A stretch of 64,000 nucleotides of DNA from Octopus sinensis (lineage: Eukaryota): contig NC_043002.1 of assembly GCF_006345805.1 (NCBI RefSeq), forward strand, positions 62,682,001-62,746,000, in the 5' to 3' direction. The position numbers and the translations under genes were made by a program. The notes under the pieces are model-generated. The model saw only the letters and a list, made by a program, of their open reading frames with translations, did no database searches and was not told where the DNA came from. Numbering within the stretch: the first letter of the stretch is position 1; each line of letters begins with the position of its first letter. Positions 39,095 to 51,946 of the stretch are shown piece by piece.

Positions 39095-39783
39095 AAGATT
39101 TGGTAGACGGAAACTGAAAGAAGCCCGTCGTATATTCTTTTATTCTTTTACTTGTTTCAGTCATTTTGACTGCGGCCATGCTGGAGCACCGCCTTTTAGT
39201 AGAGCAACTCGACCCCGGGACTCATTCTTTTTGTAAGCCCAGTACTTATTCTATCGGCCTCTTTTTGCTGAACCGCTAAGTGACGGGGACGTAAACACAC
39301 CAGCATCGGTTGTCAAGCAATGCTAGGGGAACAAACACAGACACACAAACACACACACATACATATATATATATACATATATACGACAGGCTTCTTTCAG
39401 TTTCCGTCTACCAAATCCACTCACAAGTCATTGGTCGGCCCGGGGTTATAGCAGAAGACACCTGCCCAAGATGCCACGCAGTGGGACTGAACCCGGAACC
39501 ATGTGGTTGGTTAGCAAGCTACTTACCACACAGCCACTCCTGCATGTATATATATATATTTGTGTGTGTGTATGTTTGTGTGTCTGTGTTTGCTCCCCCC
39601 CCACATCGCTTGATAGATAATGCTAGTGTGTTTAGGTCCCTTTAACTGAGCGTTTCGGCAAAATAGACCGATAGAATAAGTAATAGGCTTGCAAAGAATA
39701 AGTCCTGGTGTCGATTTGCTCGATTAAAGGCGGTGCGCCAGCATGGCCAAGGCAAATGACTGAAACAAGTAAAAGGAAAAAAA
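39095..39783 (+). mobile_element. older SINE family A copy split by a nested antisense copy
   Basis: 39095-39134 and 39544-39783 are consecutive plus-strand parts of family A. Confidence 0.85.
39133..39543 (-). mobile_element. SINE family A (tRNA head, CORE-like centre, CR1-like tail), near full length
   Basis: Highly similar to 53093-53497. Confidence 0.92.
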
Positions 39784-39898
39784 GATATATATATATACTT
39801 CTAATATAGGATTAAAATTTTTCAAAAATTTCAAGTGGCCAGCATATTAAAATACCATTAAGGTGTAAAGTTTAAACAATTATATATAGGGGCAAAAG

Positions 39899-40080
39899 AA
39901 GAAATTTCTATACGAATATGCCGAGAAATAGACTTTAAATCTTCAATCACCAAATAATATACATCACTATAATTACACGTTCTGCTGAAATCGAGGACGT
40001 GTATTCATAGCGATGTATATTGTATGTGGTGATTGACGATATAGCGTCTATTTCTCAGTATATTGGCATAGAAATTTTTT
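39899..40080. repeat. ~180-bp imperfect palindrome with a ~12-nt loop
   Basis: aaatttctatacgaatatgccgagaaatagac...tacacgttc pairs with ggacgtgta...gtctatttctcagtatattggcatagaaattt. Confidence 0.85.
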
Positions 40081-40197
40081 TCCATTGCACATATATATAT
40101 ATACACATATGTATATATATACATATATATACATATACATATATATATACATATACATACATATATATACATATATACATATATATATACATATACA

Positions 40198-40232
<35 letters not shown>

Positions 40233-40233
<1 letters not shown>

Positions 40234-42076
40234 CAGGAAATCCCACGAGGATAAGTGAAATACTGAACGAACAGTTCCAAAGTGTGTTCACTACACCTCT
40301 AGGACACAGGCAAGTAAACAACCCAGAAGAATTCTTTGCCACTTTACCAGCGGCCAAAGAGACAAAAATTGAGTACATCAACATCGAAGAAGATGATATC
40401 ACACTAGCCATTGATGAGATTGACACAAACTCAGCTGCTGGACCTGATGGATTCCCAGCGATCCTTCTCAAATCGTGCAAACGAGCCCTTGCAAAACCGC
40501 TACAGCTTCTTTTTCAGAGCTTTCTTGCAAGTGGTAAGCTCCCAATCAAACTGAAAGAGGGGGTAATATGCCCTATCCATAAGGGAGGTAGCAGAGCAGA
40601 TGCTAAAAATTATAGGCCTATCTCTCTGACCTCACACATCAGCAAAGTCATGGAACGAATAGTCCGTAAGAAACTAATCATGTTCCTTGAAGAAAATGAC
40701 TTACTGTCTGACACCCAGCATGGATTTCGACCAGGTAGAGGCTGCCTAACACAGCTCCTGCAACACTATGACTGGGTGTTGAAACAGCTACTAAATGGCT
40801 CAAATGTGGATGTAATATATCTTGACTTTGCAAAAGCCTTTGATAAAGTCGACCATGGTATGATCTGTCACAAACTGCGTGGTCTCGGCATAGGCGGGAA
40901 ACTTGGAGAGTGGCTGCACAACTTCCTAAAAGACAGAAAACAGGCAGTTGTGAGCAATGGAGCCACCTCCAGGGAAATGCAAATAACAAGCGGTGTCCCA
41001 CAGGGCACTGTCTTGGGGCCACTGATGTTCATAGTGGCCCTTTCAGACATGCCTTCAGTTGCTACGATGACCACCCTTGCTAGCTATGCAGATGACACAA
41101 AAGTCTCCCACGCAATACAAAACCCTGAAAATATTGCGCATCTGCAACATGAGCTGGACACAATATACAGGTGGGCTGAGGACAACAACATGCAGTTTAA
41201 TGCAGGTAAGTTCCAGGCCCTGCGCTACTGGCACACAAAGGTAAATGACGTGAAGACTGGATACACTGGCCCAGGAAGAATTGCAATCCCTGAGTCAAAA
41301 TCAGTGCGTGACCTGGGCATTGACATGAGCAATGATGCATCTTTCCAAATGCATATTGCTAATCTGGTGATAAAATGCAGACGGCTAGCTGGATGGATTC
41401 TCCGAACTTTCAGAACAAGACAGAAGGAGACACTGATGGTCCTATGGAAAACATTTGTCCTCAGCCGCTTGGACTACTGCTCCCAACTTTGGTCACCACA
41501 CAATATAAAACAAACAGCAGAACTCGAAGCAACTCAGAGAAGCTACACAAAGAAAATCGTCTCAATGCAAAATGTCAGCTACTGGGAAAGACTGAAGGTA
41601 TTAAACCTCTTCTCCCTGGAGCGGAGGCGGGAGAGATATGCAGTGATATACATCTGGAAAATCCTGGAGGTCTTGTCCAAACTTTGGCATTCAAAGTTAC
41701 TCCAACCGCAGAACGGGGCGCCGCTGCGTGGTGCCAAGGATTCCAACATCACCATCAAAATACAGGTCCAGATACTGCAACAGCTTGGGTTTCAGAGGAC
41801 CACAGCTCTTTAACATCCTCCCTAAATGCCTGAGAGACTTACATGGTGTGGATGTGGGTTTCTTTAAAACTAAACTGGATCTCTTCTTGTTGGGAGTCCC
41901 AGATGAACCTACCTCACGACAGGAGACACGGATGCGGGCAGCAGCATCGAACTCCCTTGTTGATCAAGTGCCACGTATCAGAGGTGGATTCACAAACTAG
42001 TGTAGCTCATTCAGCGGTGGTGCCCCAGCATGGCCGCGGCCTTCGGGCTAAAACATTTTTAAGGATTTAAGGATTT
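40233..42076 (+). mobile_element. 5'-truncated CR1-group LINE (reverse transcriptase)
   Basis: Long ORF with [57 protein letters not shown] and SLERRRER. One frameshift near 41670, stop at 42000, (tttaagga)n tail, no endonuclease domain; inserted in (TA)n. Confidence 0.95.
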
Positions 42077-42135
42077 ATACATATATATATATATACATAT
42101 ACATATATATATATATACATATATATATAGATTAC

Positions 42136-42174
<39 letters not shown>

Positions 42175-42197
42175 CATCTTCATCATTACTATCATCA

Positions 42198-42392
42198 TTA
42201 TTCAAAAGTCACAATACATGTATCAAAGCGCTACTAATAGTTTCATATGGGGAGCGACCTCAGACATATTCCTCAGGCGCAAACCACATTTCATAACGAG
42301 CTAAATAATTGAATATATATATGTAGGCATATGTATAATTATATTCAACTATTAGTAGCACTTTAATATCTGTGTTCTGACCTCTAAATAAC
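42198..42392. mobile_element. mini fold-back element carrying a hammerhead
   Basis: 42198-42243 is the imperfect reverse complement of 42347-42392. Confidence 0.7.
42228..42280 (-). ncRNA. minimal type-I hammerhead ribozyme motif
   Basis: gcgc CTGAGGA atatg tctgaggtcgctccc catat GAAA ctattag TA gcgc. Intact core, all three stems pair, GUA triplet. Confidence 0.75.
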
Positions 42393-42429
42393 AATATCGC
42401 TGATCAGTACATTATATCTATCTATCTAT

Positions 42430-42478
42430 CTATCTCTCTATATATATGTATCTATGAATGTATATATATATAATATAC

Positions 42479-42512
<34 letters not shown>

Positions 42513-42560
42513 ACATATACATATATATATACATATATACATATATATATACATATATAC

Positions 42561-42609
<49 letters not shown>

Positions 42610-42618
42610 CATATATAC

Positions 42619-42707
<89 letters not shown>

Positions 42708-42793
42708 CATATATACATTATATATATACATATATATATATATACATATATACATATATATATATACATATATATATATACATATATATATAT

Positions 42794-42852
<59 letters not shown>

Positions 42853-42913
42853 CATATATATATATACATATATATATACATATATATATATACATACATA
42901 TATATATATATAC

Positions 42914-42944
<31 letters not shown>

Positions 42945-43140
42945 CATATATATATACATACATATATATATACACACATATATATATACACACATATATA
43001 TAATATACATATATATATATATATCATATATATACATATATATATATACATATATATATACATATATATATACATATATATTATATATACATATATATAT
43101 ACATATATATATATATACGTGTGTGTGTGTATGTATGCAT
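42430..43140. repeat. long compound (TA)n/(TATACA)n microsatellite
   Basis: Direct inspection. Confidence 0.95.
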
Positions 43141-43909
43141 GTATGTATGCATACGAGAGTGTGCGCGCAGGAGTGCTTGACTGTATTACCCAAAGATGCG
43201 AAAATGACCGAATTATATGTCCATATTTGTCTCTTGCTGTATAATATCATATTCCCTTTTCCTTAAGCATTCCAATTAATCTGAGAAACTAAGAATTAAT
43301 TTCTTTAAATTATCTTTCTTCCTCCCTAATGCCTTGAACTTGCTGTCAGGCTTTTGCTTTCAGTTTTCAACTCAAAGCAAAAGATTCCACATCCAGTAAT
43401 CTAATCATCTATACATATGCCATTCATCTCGCTGAGGTATTTTTAATTTTCGAAATTTCCTTTGGCCTAATATATAAATAATTGTTCTTCTTGTATACAA
43501 AATTCTCTGGTACATAACTGTATGTATGTAAATATATATGTATGTGTGTATAAATATAGGTATGTGCATATATAATTATATATATATATATATATATATA
43601 TCAAAAGATTCAGGCATACTGCACCCTACTACGAGGTCAACTACTGTTGGTAGTAATTCTCCGTCCTTAAACATCAGACAGTTCTTTCCGTAAGCATGTA
43701 AATTAATTTAAAACTTTGTTATTAATATCTTGAAATAATTTTTCTCTCTTCCTGCTAATCACTAACAATTAGATGTCAGTAGATTCTTTTTTAACATTTT
43801 CTGTCGCCAATATGGCGCAGAAAAATCTGATATGTATAGAATTAAATGTCTTCACTAAGTCGTATATGTATACACACACATACATACACACGCATTTACA
43901 CACATATGA

Positions 43910-43940
<31 letters not shown>

Positions 43941-44210
43941 GTACTTTCTTTCACTTAGGTATCATAACGATGCTAATAACCTGGTGGTAGAACTCAATAT
44001 ATATACGCTTCATAATGAAGAGTCAGTCGTGTGCAGAGCAGTAATAAGATAAAATAGAAATGACAACAGAATATGTACCTGAAAAGCCTTCACGTTTGAA
44101 ACTCCGATTCAGTTACAGGATAATACACAAACATTGAAATATGAGTGCATTGTATTCAAGGTACGATGTGTATATTTCAATGTCATTCTAATTATTTAAT
44201 AATAATAATA

Positions 44211-44269
<59 letters not shown>

Positions 44270-44294
44270 TAATAATAATAATAATAATAATAAT

Positions 44295-44842
44295 AAATGC
44301 CCTGTTGCAGTACCAGGCAGTGGCTCTCATGGCTTCTGATCTTAACTGATTGGAAGTGTTATCATGTACATTGTTTTGTCTTGGTATAAAAGATGGGCTA
44401 CAGCAAATATTCTGCTCAATACCACAGATTTGCTTGTCAGTTGTTTGACCTTAACCAGTTGAGCATGTCCCTTAGTGGCTGACGATATGTGCATCTCTGA
44501 TCACGAGCAGAAGTAGTGGGGAGTATCATAGCCATCTGTTGAATGGAATTCTTGGAGGTTTGGATAATTCACCTTTGGAAACATGGGTGGTTCGTTCAAC
44601 ATCTTTAAACAATCCTTATTCAGGGACCTTTGAGCGGGATGGGCTACTCGACCAGAAGAAAATTCTAACTGGGCCCCACCTGCAAGGTCATGCGCTGTTT
44701 ATCTTGATATGAGATCACTATGTCGCGCACATATGGTTGTGATGCATGTGCCTAGTGTACCCTTATCAGACGGGTAGTCATGATGGGCTTCGTATATTTT
44801 ACCCCAGTGTCACTTTGATGGCCTGCACTGCTCTCTCACTCA
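44295..44842 (+). mobile_element. ~550-bp non-coding (TAA)n-targeted element, copy 2
   Basis: Paralogue of 28524-29080; (TAA)n on both sides. Confidence 0.9.
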
Positions 44843-44857
44843 ATAATAATAGTGATA

Positions 44858-44888
<31 letters not shown>

Positions 44889-44892
44889 AAAA

Positions 44893-45094
44893 TTTTTCCT
44901 ACAAGGATAGATTGAGGGAGGGGATTAAGTCGATTCCATCGACCCCAGTACGCAACTTGTAGTTATTTAATCGACCCCGAAAGGATGAAAGGCAAAGCCT
45001 ACATCGGCGGAATTTGAATTCTCAACGTAGCGGCAAACGAAATGCCGCTAAGCATTTCGCCCGGAGTGCTAACGATTCTGCTAGCTCGCTGCCT
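44893..45094 (-). mobile_element. SINE family C
   Basis: gaccccgaaaggatgaaaggcaaag...ctgctagctcgctgcc. Confidence 0.85.
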
Positions 45095-45215
45095 TGGTAG
45101 TAGTAGTAGTTGTAGTAGTAGTAGTAGTAGTAGTAGTTGAAGTAGAAGTAGTAGTAAAAGTAGTAGTAGTAGTAAAAGTAGTAGTAGTAGTAATGATAAT
45201 AATAATAATAATAAC

Positions 45216-45251
<36 letters not shown>

Positions 45252-45415
45252 TTACACAATTAAGTATAAGTCGAATAGTGTGTTTAACTGTAGAGTAGAG
45301 CAGCGGGTCAGTTTGGGCTACCTGTTGTCATCCGTAGTATTGGTAGACTTTCGTTAGCAGTTAGGGAAATAGTATTAATTAACAGGAAATATATTCAGTA
45401 TTAAATCTTTATTAG

Positions 45416-45460
45416 ATACAACATATGTTTCGACCCATCAGTCTGGGTCTCATCAGATAC
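45416..45460 (-). ncRNA. minimal type-I hammerhead ribozyme motif
   Basis: gtat CTGATGA gaccca gactga tgggtc GAAA catatg TT gtat. Perfect 6-bp stem II, palindromic stem III, weak stem I; AATAAA just downstream. Confidence 0.7.
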
Positions 45461-45596
45461 ATCAATATAGATATGTCTCACTACAGAGTTTTAGTGTCGT
45501 TTAACTTGTTGTTATATGCCCATCAAGTTATGGAATATATAATGGGTGTGTGTGTATGTGTGTTCGTGTGCGCCGCCCTCGTGCGTGTTTAACTGA

Positions 45597-45628
<32 letters not shown>

Positions 45629-45636
45629 ATATACAC

Positions 45637-45863
45637 GCGCGAACTGGCAGAATCATTAGCACGCCGGGCGAAATGCGTAGCCGTAATTCGTCTGCCGTTA
45701 CGTTCTGAGTTCAAATTCCCCCGAGGTTGACTTTGCCTTTCATCCTTTCGGGGTTGATAAATTAATTAACAGTTATGCACTGGGGTCAATGTAATCGACT
45801 TAATCCTTTGTCTGTCCTTGTTTGTTTACTCTATGTTTAGCTCCTTGTGGGTAGTAAAGAAAT
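45637..45863 (+). mobile_element. SINE family C, tail type B
   Basis: ctggcagaatcattagc...ccttgtgggtagtaaagaaa. Confidence 0.88.
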
Positions 45864-45883
45864 ATATATATATATACGCGCGC

Positions 45884-45947
<64 letters not shown>

Positions 45948-46625
45948 ATGGTATGCACATATGGCATTTTAGTGTAAATGAAAATACTTCACGCACATGA
46001 AAACTATACTGAAATACTTTTGTGCGTATTTCTGGGACTATGACATAGCCATCGGTGAAAATGTCCGCTGTTGTATCAAAAATGCAATTTAGATACTTCA
46101 TAAATGGATTAATGAGATATATACGAGAATAGAATTGAAACTGCTGAATCTGTTTCCTACTCGTAGGCATTTTCTAAATCTATTTACCTCTTCAAAGTGA
46201 TGCACCAGAATGGAGATATGCACTGATCGATGTCACTCTGTTACATACGACAGGAGTAGTATTAGATTAAAATAGCCATCTGTGTATCATAGTCAATGTT
46301 AATACATAGCAAAAAATCTCCGCCGCATCTTATGTTTTTAAAGGCAGCGCGTCCTTAAACGATATTATCTTCCGACCAATATCATAGTATATTTGGCTGC
46401 TCATGAGGTATTTACATTGTGTATGATACACTGATAGCTATATGCATTCTCATACACACATACACACATACATATATATGTATGTAAACATATAGAATAC
46501 ATACATGTGTGTGTATGTATATATATATATGCACGCACATAAATGTATAAATATCTATGCCTATGTATTTGATTAAATAACATAATATACACACTACACG
46601 CGTACGCATGCACACACACAAAATC

Positions 46626-46684
<59 letters not shown>

Positions 46685-47052
46685 CGCATTTATATGCAGA
46701 ACGTGAGCGTGCGTGTGCGTGAATACGTGTGTGTGTATCGAAGTAAATCAATTTAGGAGATATTAAATTATTTATAGCTAATTTCATTGCAACCGAATAG
46801 TCTATGAAGAGATATTAAGATACAGAATGGACATTGATTGTTTGTGACGTATAAGCAAATTGGTTGTTAATCATAAATAATAAGGAAACAGATAAATCTG
46901 AAAAAAAGAATATCACTCTTAAGAAAGCCTAAGATGTGTAAGTCTATCATAAAGCAAGGAAGCTATTATAGTAAATACTCTGCATTTTCTTTACGTGATA
47001 GCCCTATGTCCATACATACTTACACATATATATGTGTGTGCATGTATGTATA

Positions 47053-47117
<65 letters not shown>

Positions 47118-48937
47118 CATATACACATCCTCTCTGACTTTTAAGAATAGAAGCGCAAAATGAAATGGAGTGTAAAATTGCAGTATCGTTGTTTTTGTTT
47201 TAGCAAGTGTTGTTATAGTTGATTTTTTTCGTTGTTGTTGTTGACGTTGTTGTTGTTGTTGACGTTGTTGTTGTTGCTGTTCTCCTCGAATGCTTTCTGA
47301 TGAAGTAGACCTATAATTCAATGTGTTCAAGTCGTGACTCTTCAGCCCTTTTTAGAAACCAAGATCCCACTATTTAAAATGTATCCCGTAGTGAATCTAG
47401 TGCGAGAGCTGCCTGAGCCTGTCTTTGAGATTTATGTCCTTTCTTGCGGGACTTAAGTCCATACCGATTTATACAGCAGATTGAAAATCTCGTCTCCTTT
47501 AAAGCGTCGCCTAGGGCGGACCTACTTTCGTTCCCCTTTCCTCCCTAGGTACGCCACTGAATGTCTCCTTCCATTTACCCCGGTCTCTGCCTGTTCCGTG
47601 TATAAATGTATCCTATACATTTCACTAAATCATGTAATTGTATAATGTTTTCTGTTTCCATATTCGTTTGCAAAATCATAACGAAAATTACAACTCATTA
47701 AAAACTGCACTTGCTAAGCAAAAGAAAAAGGTAACTACAAGCTGAAAACATATAAATTAAACTAAAATATATATAAATTGATCCGGAGTGTAAGCAGGAT
47801 AGACATCCATTTGAGATATAGCGGTGGATATAAGAGAATCTTCTCAATACCCACAGCAACGCAAAAAAAATGGAAAAAACTTATGATATAAGAGTATCAA
47901 ATATTGAATGCGTTAACCATTTGAAAATATTTGAAGTTATCTTTCGCGATATCTAATGTAAAACAATTTATGAAGTAAACTAAATCAGAATTTTCGACAT
48001 AAAGGATATGATGACTAAATAAACACGCAAATAAAAGACAACCACTAAACTGGCCAATGAAAAACGAGAAGCAAATTAATGCCTGAATAAATCAATACCT
48101 GATGACGTAACTGACAGGTAGATACACGGAAACTAGTGAACCGAGTAATGATAAGCGATAAGTAAATAAAGAACGACTTTGGCAAATAATTAGTGATTTA
48201 GCAAAATGCGATATGATTAAGCAACAGAGAGGCAGAGACAGGGGAATTGGTAAAGTGATCAATGAAGAGACGTATACACATACAATATTTTTAGGTAAAC
48301 AGGATATGATTACGGAATCGAGAATCAAAACTAGTGCCATATTGACCATAGAAAAAAGGAAAATACAACTAAAAAGAATAAAGATTTGAAAAGGTGTAAG
48401 TTATTTAAAACTAAAGTGAGAACCAGGATATAGTAGCGAAGTCAACCAATGAAAAGAGGTAAAAGACTCAACGAAATGGCAAATGAATCGCGAAGCCTTA
48501 ACAAGGCAACATTAAGAAAGCTACCAGTAAAAGACCCATTGTAGTGCAGAAACGAATGTTGTAGCCTCCACCCCACCAATAAATTGTTAGAATAAAAACA
48601 ACGCCATCAGTTCAAATGACGGTCGCAGACGTATGGAATTGTGGTGCAAGACAAATAATTTAGTTAACATTATAGCCATACAGTCAACTATGTACTCTTA
48701 TTCAGCTGAATACTATTTTCTCATACAAACTGAAATTTTTGAAGAGCTACACACACGTTCACACACGCACGTATACATTTTAATTCGTATCTAGTTATTT
48801 TTAACTGACAGTTTGTCATGGGCCATGCACGTAACTCTCGGCTCGCGAATAAATTTTATTATTTCAAGACGAATAGAGGTAACGATAATAATAATGATGA
48901 TGATAATAATAATAATAATAATAATAATAATGTGAAT

Positions 48938-48989
<52 letters not shown>

Positions 48990-49046
48990 TATACATATAT
49001 ATATACACACACACATACATACATGCATGCATACATACATACATGC

Positions 49047-49094
<48 letters not shown>

Positions 49095-50589
49095 TAGTAT
49101 CCTGTTTCTCTGTCAAACCTGCTTAAATAATTATTTGTTTTTTAAAATGTATACTTTTAAATATCTATGTGTATATGTATTCATAAAGAAAAAAAGCTAT
49201 ACAAATACTTACACAAGCATGCACATACACGTACACACGTACAAACATGCACACGCACACTTCACATAACACATGTGTATCTGCGCATGAGCAATGAACA
49301 AGAAAAAAAACTATGTAATACACGGTCGAAAATTTGATTACATTTATTCGCCCGATCATTCAGCTGCTAATTGTGTATCAGAAATGCTGGAGCAGTCAAA
49401 TTATCATATCGGACTATGATAAAAAAAAGGAAAATAATATCATGCTTCAATGCAACATGGCACCGAAATATCATTGTTTCATCGGGCTATACAGAGCATT
49501 TGGTTGAGACGTATAAAATTATGGGTTAGAATAGAAAATGAAGGTATATATATCAAGGGCAGACTGCTGCTTTTGATTTGATATTAAAATTTGCTATTTA
49601 TCTTGAAACTTAGCTTGGTTTTCTAACAGTTCTTAGTGTTCCAAATATGACTTAATACATGGCATAATCATCAGAGATACTTTCCCTCATGCAAATCTGT
49701 AGGAGTTACACAGAGGTTTTACGCTTCTAACTCAATCGTAATTCTGGAAAACTTGTATCCTCAGCAGGGATCTTAAGGTTACAAGCATTTCGTCCCCTTC
49801 ACCCGAGTGAAGTAGCGTGGACTGAACTATTCTTCACCTGCGGATTGGATCCACTTGTGGTTTCTTATCGACCATAGCCACCTTGACCTTTTTTTTTATT
49901 CCCGTGTCTACTTTTGTGATGGCCTTCTTCAGTTGTCTGCCTTCCAGTCGTACTTTCTGTGGGAAACAACGCAACAATACAACTGGAAAGACGGAGCAGC
50001 TGACTTCAATTGGAAATGTTGTTTCTAAAATATGAATTTAAATAAAACTATGTCTGAAGATTTGTATAAAAAAACCCACTGAAGCTGGAAACAAAATATT
50101 CCAGATTTTGGATTCTCGTATGATGTAAACATATTTTTTAAAATTACCAATGATTAGTTTTTTAGTTTAAATCAACAAATTTCGTATTAAAAAATCCTTA
50201 GTTTTTCTATTGAAGTGTTCTCCATTGTCATTTTTTGTAAGTTATTTTGTCTGAAACATTTGATATCTAGTTACAAACTTGCATAACTACGCCCAAGCAC
50301 AAACAAATACATACATACATACATACATACATGTGTATGCATGTAAGTATGTGTATCTGTGTGTATGCATATATATCTAAAATTAATATAAAGCGCATAT
50401 CAAATGTGAAGCGTAGCCAACACACTATTTTATATTCATAGAGACAGTGGTTAGAAAATGACGTTTCGTACACATATATTTCATTAACACAAACACGTGC
50501 ACGCTCAAACACATATGTATTGGCGCAAGAATAGCTGCGTATGATTCAGATGAGCCCCTATTCCATCCTCTAGTATGGTTACTTTTTAT

Positions 50590-50610
50590 ATCTATTTATC
50601 TATTTGTTTG

Positions 50611-50671
<61 letters not shown>

Positions 50672-50730
50672 TTATCTATCTATATCTGCCTGACGTTACC
50701 ATGGTCTACCTATCTATATCTATCTGTCTA

Positions 50731-50781
<51 letters not shown>

Positions 50782-50804
50782 ATCTACCTACCTATCTATC
50801 TATT

Positions 50805-50835
<31 letters not shown>

Positions 50836-50840
50836 CTAAC
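50590..50840. repeat. (ATCT)n microsatellite
   Basis: Direct inspection. Confidence 0.95.
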
Positions 50841-51294
50841 TAACTATTTAGCATTCTACCTAGCTAACTAGCTATCTAAAGTGATTTATCATTTAATTAC
50901 AAATCTAAACACAGTTATATAATCACAGTCAGATTTCATGTACGTCCAGTAAGTGGTCAAATCCTTCAGCGTCTTCCCTCAAATGCTCATGGACTAAGCC
51001 ATTTGGGAGTCATGTGACAGTTAGATATATGCAGCATATATCTATCTTTTCAGCACCACAATTAGTGTATGAAATACCGATCGTTTGGCTGTTACGTTGA
51101 TTCTAAGTGACTTGGAATTCTAACCTTATTGATTTCAGAACATTCTTTGAAAGTAATTGCTTATAGTTACATTACAATATTTTTCTCATCTCATACGGTG
51201 TCACGTGACTGTGGTAACTTTTGATGTGTGCGTTGCTGCGGTTGAAGAAATTGGAAGCTTAGTTCTTATTTTGCGTTTTGTTGTTACTATATCA

Positions 51295-51470
51295 GAGATC
51301 TCGCAGGATCGCTAGCACGGCGAATAAAATGCTTAGGGTAATATCTACCGGCTATTTGCGTTGTTGGTTCAATTTCATCCCTCCGAGGTTGATAAATTAA
51401 AGTATCAGTCAAGTACTGGGGTTACCGTTACCGACTTGGCCCTGAAATCAAAAACTTGCTGGCCTTCAAC
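51295..51470 (+). mobile_element. degraded SINE family C
   Basis: gatcgctagcacggcgaataaaatgcttag...tttcatccctccgaggttgataaattaaagta. Confidence 0.6.
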
Positions 51471-51833
51471 CCTGCAACAGGGGTAATATTGGGATCTCGG
51501 ATTCTTATACGTCATAGAAACCGAGTAAACAGCCATATGAATCCTAGAGCCTGGAGGAAAAATCTATATTTGTGTGTTTCTGGTTTCTTTATGAGAGTGT
51601 TTTAGCAATAGTGATTGAAGAAAGCCAGTTATTCTTCCGAACTGAAGATATTATAGGATGAAATTTCAATTATCCCCGTATTGAGTTCAAACCGTGATGA
51701 TGGAGACATGAAACAACAATCGCATATTAAGTGGGCTGCAGTCGAAAGACTGAACACTCTTCTGCAAGGTTGATACAGTGGAAAGAGAGAAAGATATTTC
51801 GTGTTGATTTCTGTGGCGTCCGAAGCTGGCAGT

Positions 51834-51946
51834 GAGTTCCAGTCACACAGTTCCAGTCGCACAAAGTTCCAGTCACACAGAGTTCCAGTCACACAGAGTT
51901 CCAGTCACACAGAATTCCAGTCACACAGAGTTCCAGTCACACAGAG
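51834..51946. repeat. 16-bp tandem repeat (gagttccagtcacaca), about 7 units
   Basis: Direct inspection. Confidence 0.92.

Noticed and set aside
40020-41813. 597-aa ORF as an intact or domesticated RT gene
   Set aside because: The N-terminus is (TA)n read-through, the endonuclease is absent and the C-terminus is frameshifted; an ordinary truncated LINE.
44598-44680. HDV-like ribozyme inside the 550-bp element
   Set aside because: The gaagaaaattctaa segment is suggestive, but I could not build a consistent P1/P2/P3 pseudoknot.
47500-47559. hAT-like terminus (minus strand cagtggcgtacctagg)
   Set aside because: No matching opposite TIR or TSD found.
48095-48140. CTGATGA cgt..acg GAAA ctagT match
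   Set aside because: GUG triplet and no stem I pairing.
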